Source: Cyanophora paradoxa CCMP329
Taxonomy: Eukaryota; Plantae; Glaucophyta
Assembly (NCBI GenBank): GCA_004431415.1
Contig: QPMI01000673.1
Location: 1 to 64,000, forward strand
Length of the DNA stretch: 64,000 nucleotides
Direction of reading: 5' to 3'
The position numbers and the translations under genes were made by a program. This document shows, in pieces, positions 1 to 12,422 of this stretch; position 1 is the stretch's first letter, and each line of letters starts with the position of its first letter. The notes under the pieces are model-generated. The model was given only the letters and a program-made list of their open reading frames with translations. It was not told the DNA's origin and searched no databases.

Positions 1-3000
1 TGCAGCGCCGTGAAGCCGCGCTTGTCCCGCACCGCCACGTCCGTCTCCCGCCGCTCCGTCAGGTACACCGCCTGCCCCCGCCCCGCCTCGGCCACCGCGG
101 GGCGGCTGGGGCGGGGGCGGGGGCCAGGCGGGGGGGCACCTGCTGGAGGACCGTCTCGTCCTTCTGGCCCGCCTCCTCGACCACCTGCCCCCGCCCCTCC
201 GCTTCACGCGCAGGCCTCTCGCGCAGCGGCGGCGCGGGACCTGGCTGAGGAGGCTCATCCCCGTCTCTGCTCCCACGCACGAGTCCCCGTCAGAGAGCCT
301 TCGAGTGGGCGGCAGGCGCGGGCACCGTTGACGACGTTGAAGTCGATGCCCTCGCGCCCGAGCAGGTAGTCGACGACCCCGAAGTGGCCCTTCACCATCG
401 CCGCCCCCGTCACCGTCGTCTGCGCACGCCGGCCCCAGGCTCAGGGCGCGCGGGGCAGCCGGGTTGCCGGCTCGCGAGCAGGCCCGGCCTCCACACGGGC
501 AGCGCGCCCAAGGGAGGGCGGGGAAGGCGGCGCTAGGGGGGCGCCGAGAGGCGGGTGGAGAAGGCGGCGTGGGGCTGGTGGAGGGGAGGGGGGCGGGGGG
601 GCGTGCCTTCCAGTCGGAGAGGGCGTTGGGGTCGGCGCCCGCGTTGAGCAGCAGCTCCACGCACTCCCGGAACCCGAACGCCGCCGCGTAGTGCGCCTGC
701 CCCGCCCCCCGCCGCTCAGCCGGCGCGAGGGGGGCGGGGGGCGGGGGCGGGGGGGGGGTGGCGAGGGGGCACCGGGGTGTTGCGGGAGGTGTCCTGCGCC
801 TCGATGTTGGCCCCCGCGCGCATCAGGCACGAGAGCACGTGCGCGTGCCCGTTCTGCCCCCGAGGCCCCAGAGGTCAGGCCAGGCGGGGCGCCGCCGAGG
901 CGGAGGAAGGAAGGGAATCTTGGGGGAGGGGGGGGGGGGCGGGCCTTGGCGGCGTAGGTGAGGGCCGTCTTGCCGGTCTTGTCCTTCTTGTCGAGGCCGG
1001 CCTTCTTCTCCAGCAGCGCCTTCACGGCCTCCAGGCGGCCCCCGATGGCGGCCCGGATGAGCGGGGTGTAGCCCTGCCGGTCCTGCGCGTCCACGGGCAC
1101 CAGGCCCGGCCCCGCCAGCGCCCCGATGCACTCCACGTGCCCCGCCGCCGCCGCGTCTGCCGCCGGCCATCGGGGCGAGCGAGGGGGCGCGGGGCGGGGC
1201 GGGGCGGGCACAGTGGAGGGCGGTGCGGCCGGCGGAGTCCTTGGCGGGGACGGAGGCGGCGGCCTCCTTGACGAGGAGGGCGACGTTGTGCAGGCGCCCG
1301 CGGAAGGCCGCCACCATCAGCGGCGTCACCTTGAGCTTGTTCACCGTCTCCGTCCCCGAGAGGCCGTGCGCGAGGAGCCACTCGAGCGGCCCCGTCCCCT
1401 CGCACGCCGCCGCGTAGTGGATCACCTGCCCCGCCCCGCCGCCGGCCCGGGGTCGGGTCGGGGCGGGGGGGAGGCGGGGGCCCCTCAAGCTCGAGCTGCG
1501 GGAGCTGACCTGGAGGCCGCGCGCGTCCTCGCGGCGGATCTCCCCCGGGCACGCCTCGAGCAGCTTCTGCAGGTACCGCCCCTCCGGGTTGATCGCCGCG
1601 CAGTGGATCGGCGACACGTTGTCGTTGTCCTGCGGCTTCTTGCACACGCTCATCTGCCGCAGCGCTGCCCCGCGCGACGAGGGCGGGCACGCCGGCCGCC
1701 GGTCACGGGCGCGGAGAAGGAGTTGGGGAGCGGGGGGCGGGCGCACGGAGCTGGTACTCCTCCTCGTTCTGGAGGGCGCAGGCGTGGACCTTGTTGAAGC
1801 CGTACTGCGGGCGCCGTCAGACCCGAGCTGGAGGGAGCGGGGGCGGGGCGGGCAGGCGGGCGCACGTCCTCCCGCTTGGCGAGGTCGCGGACGAGGTGGG
1901 AGGCGAGGGCGAAGTTGCCGGCGCGGACGGCCCGGTGCAGGTTGCGGGCGATCTTGTCCGCCGTGAACGGCAGCTCCTCGCGGAAGAGCTCCACCGTCGC
2001 CACGCTCGTCCCGGGGTGCTCCAGCAGCGCCTCCAGGAAGTAGCCCTGCCCCGCCCCGCCCCCGCGCCCCGCCTCGGCCCCGGGCCGCGGGGGGCGGGGG
2101 CGCTGCGGGGGGCGCTGCACCTGGTCGAGGAGGCGGCGGAGGGAGGAGACGACCCTCGCGTCCGCGAAGGCGTTGTTGCCCTCCTTGCCCCCCCGCGACG
2201 CCTTCAGCCGCCGCGGCGCGTACCCCGTCGCCACCACGTTGTAGCTCCCCGTGTCCAGCGGCTCGAACTTGGTCTGCCGGGCGGCTCGCAGGCGCCCGAG
2301 TCCAGAGGAGGGCGGGAGGGGTGGCGGGGCGCACGATGGGCGCCGCGGCGCGCTTGATCTCGCCGTCCTTGGGCCCCTTGCGGAACCAGGCGCCGAGCAC
2401 CTTGATCAGCTCGTGGTTGTTCGTCTGGATGATGTAGTCGATCGCGCTGCGCCCCGGCTCCCGTCGGTCCCTCGGTCGGCCGGGCAGGATAGTGGGATCG
2501 CGAGCGCGGGCCGGGGCAGGCGAGGGGTGCAGGGGTCAGCCGCCGGCACCTCTTCATGACGTCGGGCCCGCGCTGCATGCAGAGGGTCCACACCCCCTCC
2601 GTGTTCTCCAGCAGCTGGCGGGGAGTGAGCGGGGGCGGGGGGTCGGGCGAAGCCGGGGGCGGGCCCGCTTGAAGAGGGGCCTGTCGTCGGTGAGGGCGGC
2701 CCGCACGAGCTCGCGGCACGCGCAGGTCGCGCAGCACGCCCCCTCCGCCCCCGTCCCCGCCCCCGCCCCGCCGGACCCCGCCCCGCCGGCGCTGGCCGCC
2801 GATGCCGCCTTCTTGCCCTTGCCCGCCCCCGCCGGCCCCGCCCGCTTCACCGTGAACGGGTCTGCGCAGGCGGCGGGCGGGCGGGATGGGGTGAGAGGGC
2901 GGGGGCGAGGGGCGGGGCGGGGGAGCGGGCGGGCGGGCCCTGGTCGATGACGGGGACGTCGGCGGGGTCGGCCACCTTGCGCCGCGCCTTGGGCTTGGCC

Positions 3001-4779
3001 CCCTCCTTCTCCTCCTCCCCCTCCCCCTCCTTCCCCTTCCCCTTCTGTTTCTTCGGCTTCCGCGCCCGCCGCCTCGGCTGCCTCGGCCGCCGCCGACGCG
3101 GGGCGGGCGGGCGGCGCGCGGCGCGCCGGCCTTCCTCTTGCGCTTCCCGGCTGCGCCTCGCCCGCCCTCGCCGCCCTCCTTCCCCGCCCCCGCCCCCTCC
3201 TCCTCGCCTCCGCTGCCCGCCGCACCCTCCTCCTCCTCCTCCTCCTCCTCCTCGGCCGCCCGCCTCTTCTTGCCCTTGCCCATGCCGGGGCGGCGGGGCG
3301 CGCGGGAGGGCCCCGGGCGGGGGCGGCCGGGCATGGGCAGCAGCGTGTCCCGCACGTACTCCTCCCCCGAGCTCCCCTCCTCCTCCTCGTCCTCCTCCTC
3401 CCCCTCCTCGTCCTCCTTCTCCCCCTCCTCCTCGTCCCCGTCCTCGTCCTCCTCGTCGTCGCTCTCCTGCGGGGCCGCCTCGGACCGGCGAGGGGGGCGG
3501 GGGCGGCGGGGCGGGGGGGGACCTGGGGGGGGGGCCGGGCCTGGAGGGCGCGGCGGGTCTCCTCGACGGCCTCGAGGATGCGGGCCTCCTCGGCCTCGGG
3601 GAGGCGCCAGAGGAGGCCGGGGCGGAGCTCCTCGAGGCGCACCGCCGTGAACACCGACTTGGCGCGGATGCTCGAGGGGCCCCACCCCTCCGACACCGCG
3701 AACGAGCGGGGGTCCTCCTGCGCCGACCCCACCGCAACTCGGCCGGGGCGGGGCGGGGGGGGGGCGGGCGGGGGACCTGGCGGCGGTCGAGCCAGAGGAC
3801 GTTGAGGGCGGGGGCGGCGAGGGGGACGTCGTCGGCGGCGATGCAGAGCCAGAAGGCGTCCCCGCTCGCCCGAGGGTCCGGCCGCACCGCCAGCACCTGC
3901 GCCCCGCCCCGCCCCTCACCCCTCCACCCGCCCCCGCCCCGCCCTCGCCCTCGCCCCAGCAACCCCGCACCTCCGTCGCCACGAAGCTGTCGGGGCGCAC
4001 GCGCGCGCGTCAGCTGCTGGCGGGGGCGAGGGGAGGGCGGGGGCGGGGCACCGGAAGCGGTCGGGCTTCTCGCGGAGGGCGCCGGGCGCGCGCTCGTGCT
4101 GCGCCTTCTCCTTCCCCTTCGCCACCGCCGACGAGGAGGAGGAGGAGGAGGCCGAGGGCCCTGCCGCCGCCGCCTCCCCCGCCCCATCCCCCGCCGCAGC
4201 CTCCTCCCGCCCCCGCTTCTTCGTCGCTGCCGGCGCCGGCGCCTCCTTCTTCGTTCCAGCACCCTTGCCCTCCCTCTTTCTCGTCGCCGGCTTCGCCGCC
4301 TTCTTCGAGGCGGCAGCGTCCGCGGCCTTCGCTCTAGATCTCGCGGCGCCGCTGGCGCGCCCCGCGGCCGCCTTGACCTTCGCCGGCGCTGACGTCGATG
4401 CCGGAGACTTCCTCGCAGCCCGCTTGGCAGCCTTGGCCGCCTTCTTGGCGGGGGCAACCTCCGCGGCCGTCTCGGAGCTTGAGCCTGAGCCCTCTTCGTC
4501 GCTGGAGCGATCGGCGGCCGCCTTCTTCGGCGTCGGCGACGCCGAGGCGGCCTTCGGAGGACGCCCGCGCTTCTTGGCTACCTTCGGGCTCGCCGCCGCC
4601 GCCGCTGATGTGGCAGACGCCCTTTTCGACTTGATCGGGGTCGCCCGCCGCCGGCCGGCGGCTGGAACCTCCTTCTCTGACTCCGACTCTTCCTTGGCCG
4701 ACTCCGGCTTCAGCCTCGCCGAGGAACGCCTCCCCGGTGGCGGATCGTCACCCTTCGTGCTCTTCGACGTCCGTGCCAT
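1..4779 (-). CDS. Multi-exon ankyrin-repeat protein, tankyrase/PME-5-like PARP N-terminal part (continues beyond window start)
   Basis: ATG at 4779; Lys/Ala-rich N-terminus with AT-hook KKRGRPPK; exons give RGGKEGNNAF and ankyrin repeats (SPIHCAAINP, VIHYAAAC, TPLMVAAFRG, GYTPLIRAAIGG, GKTALTYAA). The catalytic domain is not in the window. Confidence 0.7.
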
Positions 4780-5201
4780 CTCGGCGGTTACTGCTGGGTC
4801 AGACGCGCGTTCGCTGCCTGGTCGACGTCAACCTCGCGTACGCGAGGCTGGCGGCCCGGCTCGGCTGGCGGCTCTTTTGCCTCTAACCGCAGCGGGGGTA
4901 TGCGTACCGTGACCGCCGAAATTGATCCAATGTTGCAATTGCAACGCGTGCGCGAGCATGTCGCTGATCAGGAGCATTAACGAGCAGCTTGGTCCCGCGC
5001 CCGGCCGCGGCCGACTGCAGCAAATTGCGCATGCGCATGCGCTGCACGCGCGCGCCCAACTCGTACTGCGCGCCCAAGCGAGGCTTGAGCTCTGCCACAA
5101 TGAACAAAGCCCAGCGGCTACACGACCGACGCTGACGTACGCTACGCTGTGCACAGAGTACTAGTCTAATGAAACTGCGGAGAGGGGGGCGCCCAGGGCG
5201 G

Positions 5202-8141
5202 CTAGTACTCGGTGTCCGAGGAGGGGAGGGAGAAGTTGACGGAGGGGGTCTTCCAGTGGGCCATCTCCCGCGCGTACGTCTGCGCGAAGGCGACGAGCTT
5301 CTCGAGCTGCAGGCGCTGCAGGCGGGCGTAGAAGAGCGGGGCGCGGAGGGAGGGCGGGAGGCGGCGGGCGGGGTCCTCGCGGAGCCAGCGCTCGAACTGG
5401 CGGGAGTCCATGCGCATGGCGCGGGCCCACCAGGTCCCGTCCGAGAGCGGCTCCTTCGGCCCCTGCGCTTCCTCCCGCGCCGTCCCCCGCGCCGACTTCC
5501 GGCTCGTGCTGTGGCCCAGCGCCGCCCGCCCGCCGTGCCCGCCGCCCGCCCCGCCCGCCGCGTGCTCCACGTCGATGCGCAGCTGCTTCGGCGCGCCCCG
5601 CTTGCGCGCCGTGTGGGGGCCCGACGGGTGCGCGGGGTGCGGCGGCAGCAGGTCGGTGGCGATCTCGAGGCCGGTGCGCTGCTGCTCGTAGAGGCCGTGG
5701 AGCATCTGGTGGGCGTCGGGGGCGGCGGCGGCGGCGTCGCGCGCGGCCTCCTGCTCCTCGGCGGCCGCCTGCTGGGCGGCCTGGTCCTCCTCCCCGATGA
5801 GCTCGCGCCGCCGCCGCTCGTGGAGGACCTCCTCGAGGGCCTTCGGGAGGCCCCGCGCCCACTCCTTCAGCGCCTCCACGTGCTTCTTCCGCCGCGCCCG
5901 CAGGCTCTCCTTGATCACGTTGTACTTGATCCCCCTGCCCCCGCCCTCCCTCGGACTCCCGTCCCCGCGGGGGGGGGGGGGGGGGGGGCGCACAGCGGGA
6001 TCTCGAACTCAGCGGCATGGGCGGGTACGTCGGCCTGGCCGCGCTTGCGTGCCCGCGAGGGAGACCGCGCGGCGCCCCCGGACCCCGCCCCCTTCTTCTT
6101 CGAGGAGGCGGCCCCGGCGGCGGCGGCGGGGCCGGCGGCGGCGGCGGCGGCCGGCTTCTTCTTCTTCTTCTTGGCGCCCTTGGCGGAGCGGGCGGTGAGG
6201 CCCTCCTCCTCCTCCTCGCTCTCCGCGTCGAGGGCGTCCCACTGGAGCCGCACGAGCCGCACCTGGACCTCCCCGGCCGCCCGAAAGTCCCGCCACGTCC
6301 GCTGGATGAGCCGCACCCGCGCCAGGCACGTCTTCACCGCCCGCGTGATCTCCCCGAGGGAGCCCATCTTCGCGAAGAAGTCCCGCAGCACGCCCGCCGC
6401 CCGCCGCTTGCGCACGATGTGGATGCGCAGCCGCGCGACCCGCACGAACTTGTTCAGCGCCTCCATGTGCTTCTCCGCGTGCTGCGAGCCGCCCCGCCTC
6501 AGCGGCCGCCCGGCCCGGGGCGGAGAGGGCGCAGGGGACCTTTAGGCGGACGCGGGTCCACCAGCGCATGGCGAAGCGGCGGACGAAGCGGAGCCGCGCC
6601 TGCAGCCGCGCCTGCTCTAGCCGCTCCTGCCGCAGCCGCTGCGGGGCGAGGCGAGGGGGCCGTCAGCGGGGCGGGGGTGGGGCGGGGCTGGGAGCAGGGG
6701 CGGGCGGGCCTGGATGGCGGAGCAGAGGAGGCGGAGGCGGGCGGCGTGGGCGACGACGGCGGCCCACTCGCGCTGGCGGCGTTCGCGGGCGACGAGGGCC
6801 TCGTCGCGGAAGGCCCGCCGCGCGAGCACCGCCTTGTGCCGCAGGAACGCCTCCAGCTGCTCCCGCTTCCGCTCCTGCGCCACGCGGATCCGCTCCTCCA
6901 CCTCCTCCGCCCCCGCCTCGATGCGCAGCCGCCGCAGCTCCGCCGTGTACCGCGCCGCCTCCTCCTTGTTCCCCTCCACGTAGTCCACGCCGGGGGGCTC
7001 GCCGGGCGCCCCGTCGGCGTAGGCGAGGTCGGAGGCGTCGAAGGGGGCGTCGGCGTCGAGGCCGCCCTCCCCCGCGCTCGCCGAGCGCCGCAGCCGCCGC
7101 GTCGCCACCCGCGTCACGATCACCCGCGGCGCCCGCCGCCGCGGGCCGCCCCCGTTCGCCCCCGCCGCCTTCGCCGCCGCCGCCGTGAAGTCGAAGCGGT
7201 CCGTGTACGAGAAGGAGAAGGAGGGCCCCCCCGTCCCGATCGAGGTGGGCGGGACGTACGCGCCGGGCCCGGGGGTCTCGGGGCGGGAGAGGAGGGCGGC
7301 GCCCGGGACGGGGGAGGCGAGGTCGCAGATGCGGGACTCGGAGAGGCGGAGGAGGGCGGTGCGGGGCCGGGGCATCCCGAGGGATTTGGGGTTGTAGGTG
7401 CCCGGGGGCGGCCCTGCTTCCTGGCGGTGCCGCGAGGCGATCGCCTCCTGCGCCGACACCGACTCCGGCGAGATCGTGTACGCCGGTCCGCTGTCCCCGG
7501 ACGCCCCCACCCGCCGCATCACCTGCCCCCGCCCCTCAGCGCCCCCGCCCCCGCCCCGCCGGAACGGGCACGGGCGGGGCGGGGCGCACGAAGTACTGCC
7601 CGGGGTCGGGCTTCTTCTCGGGGCGGGCGGAGAGGGTGTAGTCGATGGCGCGCCCGATGTTGTCCTTCCTGATCGACGGCGTCGAGACCTTGCGCTCCAG
7701 CAGCTTGAAGCCCGGGTTGTACTTTCCTGGCGGCGGCACGTCCTCCACTGCCCCCGCCCCGCTTCCGTCAGGCCCAAGACGGCCACGAGGGCTTAGCTGA
7801 CGCATCCCGGCGTCCCGGCGGGGCTGAAGGCGCTTAGCTAAGCGCACGCACCCTTCTTCCAGGCATCGCGCGGAGGCGGGATGATGCGGAAGACCGGCGC
7901 GAAGGAGCGGGGACCGAAGGACGTCGGCGCATCGTACAGGCCCGGGCCCACCCGCCCTGCCGGGAGGTGCGTCAGCTAGCGGGCGGCAGGTCTGTGGAGC
8001 TTTCGCAACGGCGAGCCGATCGGTCCGCTGGCTAGCTAGCTAGTGGCAGGCCCGTGGAGGTTTCGCAACGGCGAGCCGATCGGTCCGCCGGCTGGGCGCC
8101 GGCCGCGCACCGTCAGAGGCTGATCTAGAGAGCCCGTTCAT
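5202..8141 (-). CDS. SHIPPO/ODF3-like PGP-repeat protein with coiled coil and an IQ-like motif (likely flagellar)
   Basis: Spliced exons contain VGPGLY, PPPGKY, PDPGQY, PPPGTY and PGPGAY repeats, plus VRLIQRTWRDF. Start approximate. Confidence 0.65.
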
Positions 8142-8561
8142 GGTCCGTTGCTCCCACGACTGGGAGGAGCGCCGAGCTCCGGCAACGCGTCCTCGCCAGC
8201 GCGGCAACGGCAGGGGCTGTTGCTCGTTGAAGTTTTTTTCTTGGCGTCTAAAGGAGCAAGCGGCTAGCGCACAGCGCGGCCAGCGAGTACTAGTATAGAC
8301 AGCTCGTTCTCGATATGTGTACCCGGCAAAAGAAAGCGTACCCGCTGTCACCGCGCCTGCACGAGACCGACATCCAGGACTCGGCGCTGGACAACATCAG
8401 GCTCGGCGAGTTCGACAACATCCTTGTGATGCGTTGGAAGCGCTAGATTGGTCCCGGCATCTTTCAACGCCAAGGTACGCAGTCCCGGAGTCCGCCAACT
8501 TTTCGCGGCCGGCCTCCGAGCCCACCTGTTCATCGCGGCCGGCCTCCGAGCCCACCTGCAG

Positions 8562-10300
8562 ATGACAAAGCCGCGGCTCGCCCGCGTTCTGTCCATAGAC
8601 GGCGGCGGCGTCCGGGCGCTGCTCGCCGCGCGCCTGCTCGTGCACATCGAGGAAGTCACGGGCCAGAGCATCGCCTCGAACTTTGACCTGATCGTAGCGA
8701 GTGGCTCTGGCGCGCTGCTGGCGACGCTGCTGACGCTGCCGGGCAACGACGGGCGGCCGCGCTACACCGCCCGCGAGGTACTTGAGCTCTTCAAGAGCAA
8801 CGCCCGCCGCATATTCCCCACCGTGCGCCCCACCGCGCCCTCCCTGCGCCCGGCGCGGCGGCCGAGCGTGGGCGGCGGCGGGCGGGGCGGGGGCGCGCAG
8901 GGGGACTGGTCCTCGTGGCTGCGCTCGATGGACCCCTTCTACCCCGGGGGCCGCTTCTCGAACGAGGGCCTGGTCTCGTTCTGCGGGCAGACCTTCGGCG
9001 AGCTGCCCATCTCCTCCCTGCTCATCCCCGTCACCCTTTTAGCCTGCGACATCACCACCCGCTCCCCCGTCCTCCTCCGCAGGCCCGCCCCGCACCGCCC
9101 CGCCCCGCCCCGCGCGCCAGAGGAGAGGGCCGAGGGGCCCGGGGCGCGCAGGGAGGGTGTGACCGCGGACCTGCGCCTCCGCGACTGCGCCATCGCCTGC
9201 GCCTCCACGCCCGGGTTCTTCCCCCCCTGGGTTGTCGGCGGCGTCTCCTGTGTGGACGGTGCCGGCCCCCCCCGCCCTCTTCCTCCCGGGCGGCGTCGGC
9301 TGAGGGGGCGGCAGGGATCGTGGTGGCGTCGAACCCGTCCCTGATGGCGCACTGGGAGGCGAGGGGGATGTTCCCCGGGGCGCGCGACCTGCTCCTCATC
9401 TCCCTCGGCTGCGGCTCCGTCGAGCGCACCGTCTCCCACGCCGAGGCCTCCTCCTGGTCGACCGCCGAGTGGCTCAGCCCGCTCCTCTCCGCCTGCGTCG
9501 AGAGCAGCGGGGCGGCGGTGCACGTGCTGATGCAGCAGCTCGCGAGCGAGCCGCCGCGGGCGCCGCGCGCCTCGTCGCCCAGCGTGCTGCCGCTCCCCGG
9601 CATAAGCGGCTCCAGGCGCCAGGGCATCCTCTACCGGTGCGCCCGCCCCGCACCCCCCTCCCCCGCAGGCGGCGAGCGCCGCGCAGGCGCTACCAACCGC
9701 GCATCGCGCTCCCGGTGGGGCGCGCCGGCGAGCCCTCAGACGCCGACAAGCCCACCCTCGAGTTCCTCGGTGCCCCCCGCCCGGCCCCGCCTCCCCGCCC
9801 GCGGCGGCGCGCCCTGAGGCCGGGCGGGGGGCAGAGATCAGCGCGGAGGCGTTCATACGGGAGAACGAGGAGTCGTTCGCGGCGCTCGCGCACGTCGTCG
9901 CCCAGGGCCGCCCCGCCCACCCCCGCGCCGCCGGCCGGCGCTCCCCCGGCGAGCGCCCCCGCGCCTACTCCTCGGGGGCCTTCTACTCCAGCGGGGCCCT
10001 CTCGCCGGGCTCCAGCAGCGGGGCCCTCTCGCCGCGGGGGGCGGCGCTGAGCGGGCGCGGGGGGCCGGCCTCCCACTTCGACCCCAGCATCCCCTTCTTC
10101 GCCGAGGGCGGCCTCGGCGCCGGCCGCACCTTCCCGGGGCCCATCCACGCCCCCTTCGCCCCCGCCCCGCCCCCCGGCCCCGCGCTCCACCCCTACGGCG
10201 CGACGTACCCCTGGGACCGGCAGGGGCGGCCGGTGGAGGCGTCCCCGCTGCTGAGGCTGCTCTCGTGCGGGGGCGTGTGCTCGAGCGCGTGCGACACGCA
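8562..10300 (+). CDS. Patatin-like phospholipase domain protein with a non-canonical nucleophile elbow
   Basis: VLSIDGGGVR, FDLIVASGSGALLA, ASTPGFFPP, VDG..SNPS and LISLGCG motifs across exons. 3' end uncertain. Confidence 0.85.
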
Positions 10301-10656
10301 GCAGGGCGCCCGCGCCCACCGCGCCGTCTACACCGACCGCTACTCCACCTCCTTCTGAGACCCGCCCGCCCGCCCTCCCGCCGGCCCGCCGCCTCGCTCT
10401 GCAGCCACAGTCCCCGCTCGACCGGTGCCGGCAGTCCCCTGCATGTTCCGCTGGAGTACATCGAGCGTGTAGACAGCAACAGGGGTGCAGTCCGAGGGTC
10501 GGCTGAGGCGAGGATGCGGTCTGGGCGGGCGGGGGTGGGGTGGGGTGGGGGGGGGGGGGGGGGGGGGAGGGGGGGTGTCGGGGACGGGGGGAGGGGGAGG
10601 AAGGGAGGCGAGGCGCGAGGTGGCGATGGGAGGGCGGAGCGGGGCGAGGCGCGGGG

Positions 10657-11081
10657 CTACTGGTCGAGGCGGGCGAGGGCCTGGGGCACGGCCATGACGA
10701 CGGAGGGCGAGGCGCTCTCCGCCGCCCCCCGCCCCTCCACCTCCTCCGGGCGCGCCGGGGGCACCCGGAAGGAGGCGTGCAGCGCCACGAGGGCGCAGCT
10801 CGTGCCGAGCAGCCACGTGAAGGTCGACGAGGCGCCCGTCGCGAAGAAGAGCAGCACCGAGGCCGCCCCGCACGCCGCGAGCTTCTCCCGGTACGTGAAC
10901 GCCCGCCCGAAGAGGATCAGCGGCTGCGCCGGCTCCGCGCCGCGCCCGAAGAGCTTATACCACATGAAGAAGACGCCGAGGAGCGCCACCAGGCTTATCG
11001 GGTGCTGCGGGGCCGGCGTCACGCGCATTTTGACGGGCACCGGTGACCAGAGCAACGGACGAGCAGCATTGCAATTGCGGC
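10657..11081 (-). pseudogene. PRA1 (prenylated Rab acceptor) gene, C-terminal half, separated from its N-terminal half by the insertion
   Basis: AAIAMLL, then a GT-AG intron at 11060-11005, then HPISLVALLGVFFMWYKLF...LVALHASFRVP, the PRA1 C-terminal signature. Confidence 0.85.
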
Positions 11082-11838
11082 AGCTACGGACCCAGCATTG
11101 CGTGCCGGCGAGCAGGGGTTGCCAATGAAACACGGGCAGCAGCAGAGGCAGCACCACTGATTGGCGACGCCGCCCCCGTCGTCATCGTCGTACATACGCC
11201 CGTAAGGATTCATGCCGTAGCCGTACGCGCCAGCAACTGGTATGCCCATCGCTACGCCAGGAGGCGGCGCGTTTGGTGCGGCTGCATTGCGGTCATCAAC
11301 TCCAGCGGCAGCCGCGTGCGAAGTCTGCTGCAGCAGCGTCGCTGTCGACGCAGGAGGAGAGGCGGGGCCGCCGGGATGCTGCTGCTCGGCCTGCGCGGAG
11401 TGCGAGGCGAGCCCTGACGCAGGGGCGATCCCGACGGGCGGCTGCAGATCTGAGGTCGTCTGCAGCTGCGAGCCCGCGTCTCCTACCGCTGTAGCTACCG
11501 GTGTAGCTGCTGGCGCCTCCGGCTGGCGCGGATCGGGAGGTGCACTCTGGAACCGCGATGGTCCCGCCTCCGAGGCTGCGCGAGTGGCCGTGCGGCCACG
11601 GGTCTCGACAACCATGTTGCGTACGGCCGGAACGCTCGCGAGTTGACCTAAGTAAACAACTTTACTATCTAGAAGTGTTGGGTCACGCGGGGCCGGCGCG
11701 CCTAGAGTGCCATATTGCAAAGCACCAGGCCCTCCAGGCGCGTATTGAATGGGAATTGCATACTGCATAGTGTCATCAGGAAGAGTTTCTTTGCAGGGCG
11801 CAGCGTCTGACCTGAGCGGCGACGTCGTCGGGCGCCAT
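11082..11838 (-). CDS. Captured 5' fragment of a Pro/Gln/Ala-rich gene with a Cys-rich segment, in frame with the PRA1 C-terminal half
   Basis: ATG at 11838 (MAPDDVAAQ), a GT..CAG intron, then YAIPIQY...QWCCLCCCPCFIG running in frame into AAIAMLL. Confidence 0.55.
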
Positions 11839-11929
11839 GGCGTCCACCCGTGGGCGCCGCTTTAAGGTGTGCGCTTAGCTAAGCCCAGGGAGCTCGTCGA
11901 ACGTGGGCCGTGCGGCGCCCAGCTTTGTA

Positions 11930-12037
11930 GGACGAAAGTTGGACGAAAGTTGAGGTTTGATGGACGAAAGTTGGACGAAAGTTGGACGAAAGTTGAGGTT
12001 TGATGGACGAAAGTTGGACGAAAGTTGGACGAAAGCT
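11930..12037 (+). repeat. Subterminal direct repeats: 8 copies of GGACGAAAGTT with two GAGGTTTGAT spacers
   Basis: Read directly in a 2+3+3 arrangement; the last copy is GGACGAAAGCT. Confidence 0.95.
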
Positions 12038-12422
12038 CACAGTTGCAGTACCCCTTCACGCCCGCAGAACGGACAGCTGCGGGGCCCTGCGCGAGCCGGC
12101 TACGCCGACCACGCCGGAAAACAGCGCTACAGTGAGCCTCCCCGCGCACTGCGCCTTTCACCCCGCTCACGCCCCACACGGCCAGCCTCCCGCGAACGAC
12201 CAGGAATGAACACGGTGCGCCGCACGAAATCGCGCGTACTGCGATACAAACGAGCACGACCCCCGCTAGCGCACGTATGCTAGCGCTCGCCCCGCCCCGC
12301 TCTCGCGCGATCTGGCCCGACGCCATCCCGGCTGCTTTCGCATCTGCCCGCTCGATCGACCGCGGTCGCCTTTTGCTTTCGCCTTTGCCCGACTGACGTG
12401 CGCCCCCCGCCCCCGGCGCCAG

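Noticed and set aside
7990-8090. ~66-bp tandem duplication (similar short duplications at 8503-8560 and 52600-52670)
   Set aside because: Local intron or UTR duplications with no evidence of function.
11930-12037. CRISPR-like array
   Set aside because: Repeats are only 11 bp, the spacers are identical, there are no cas genes, and the context is eukaryotic.
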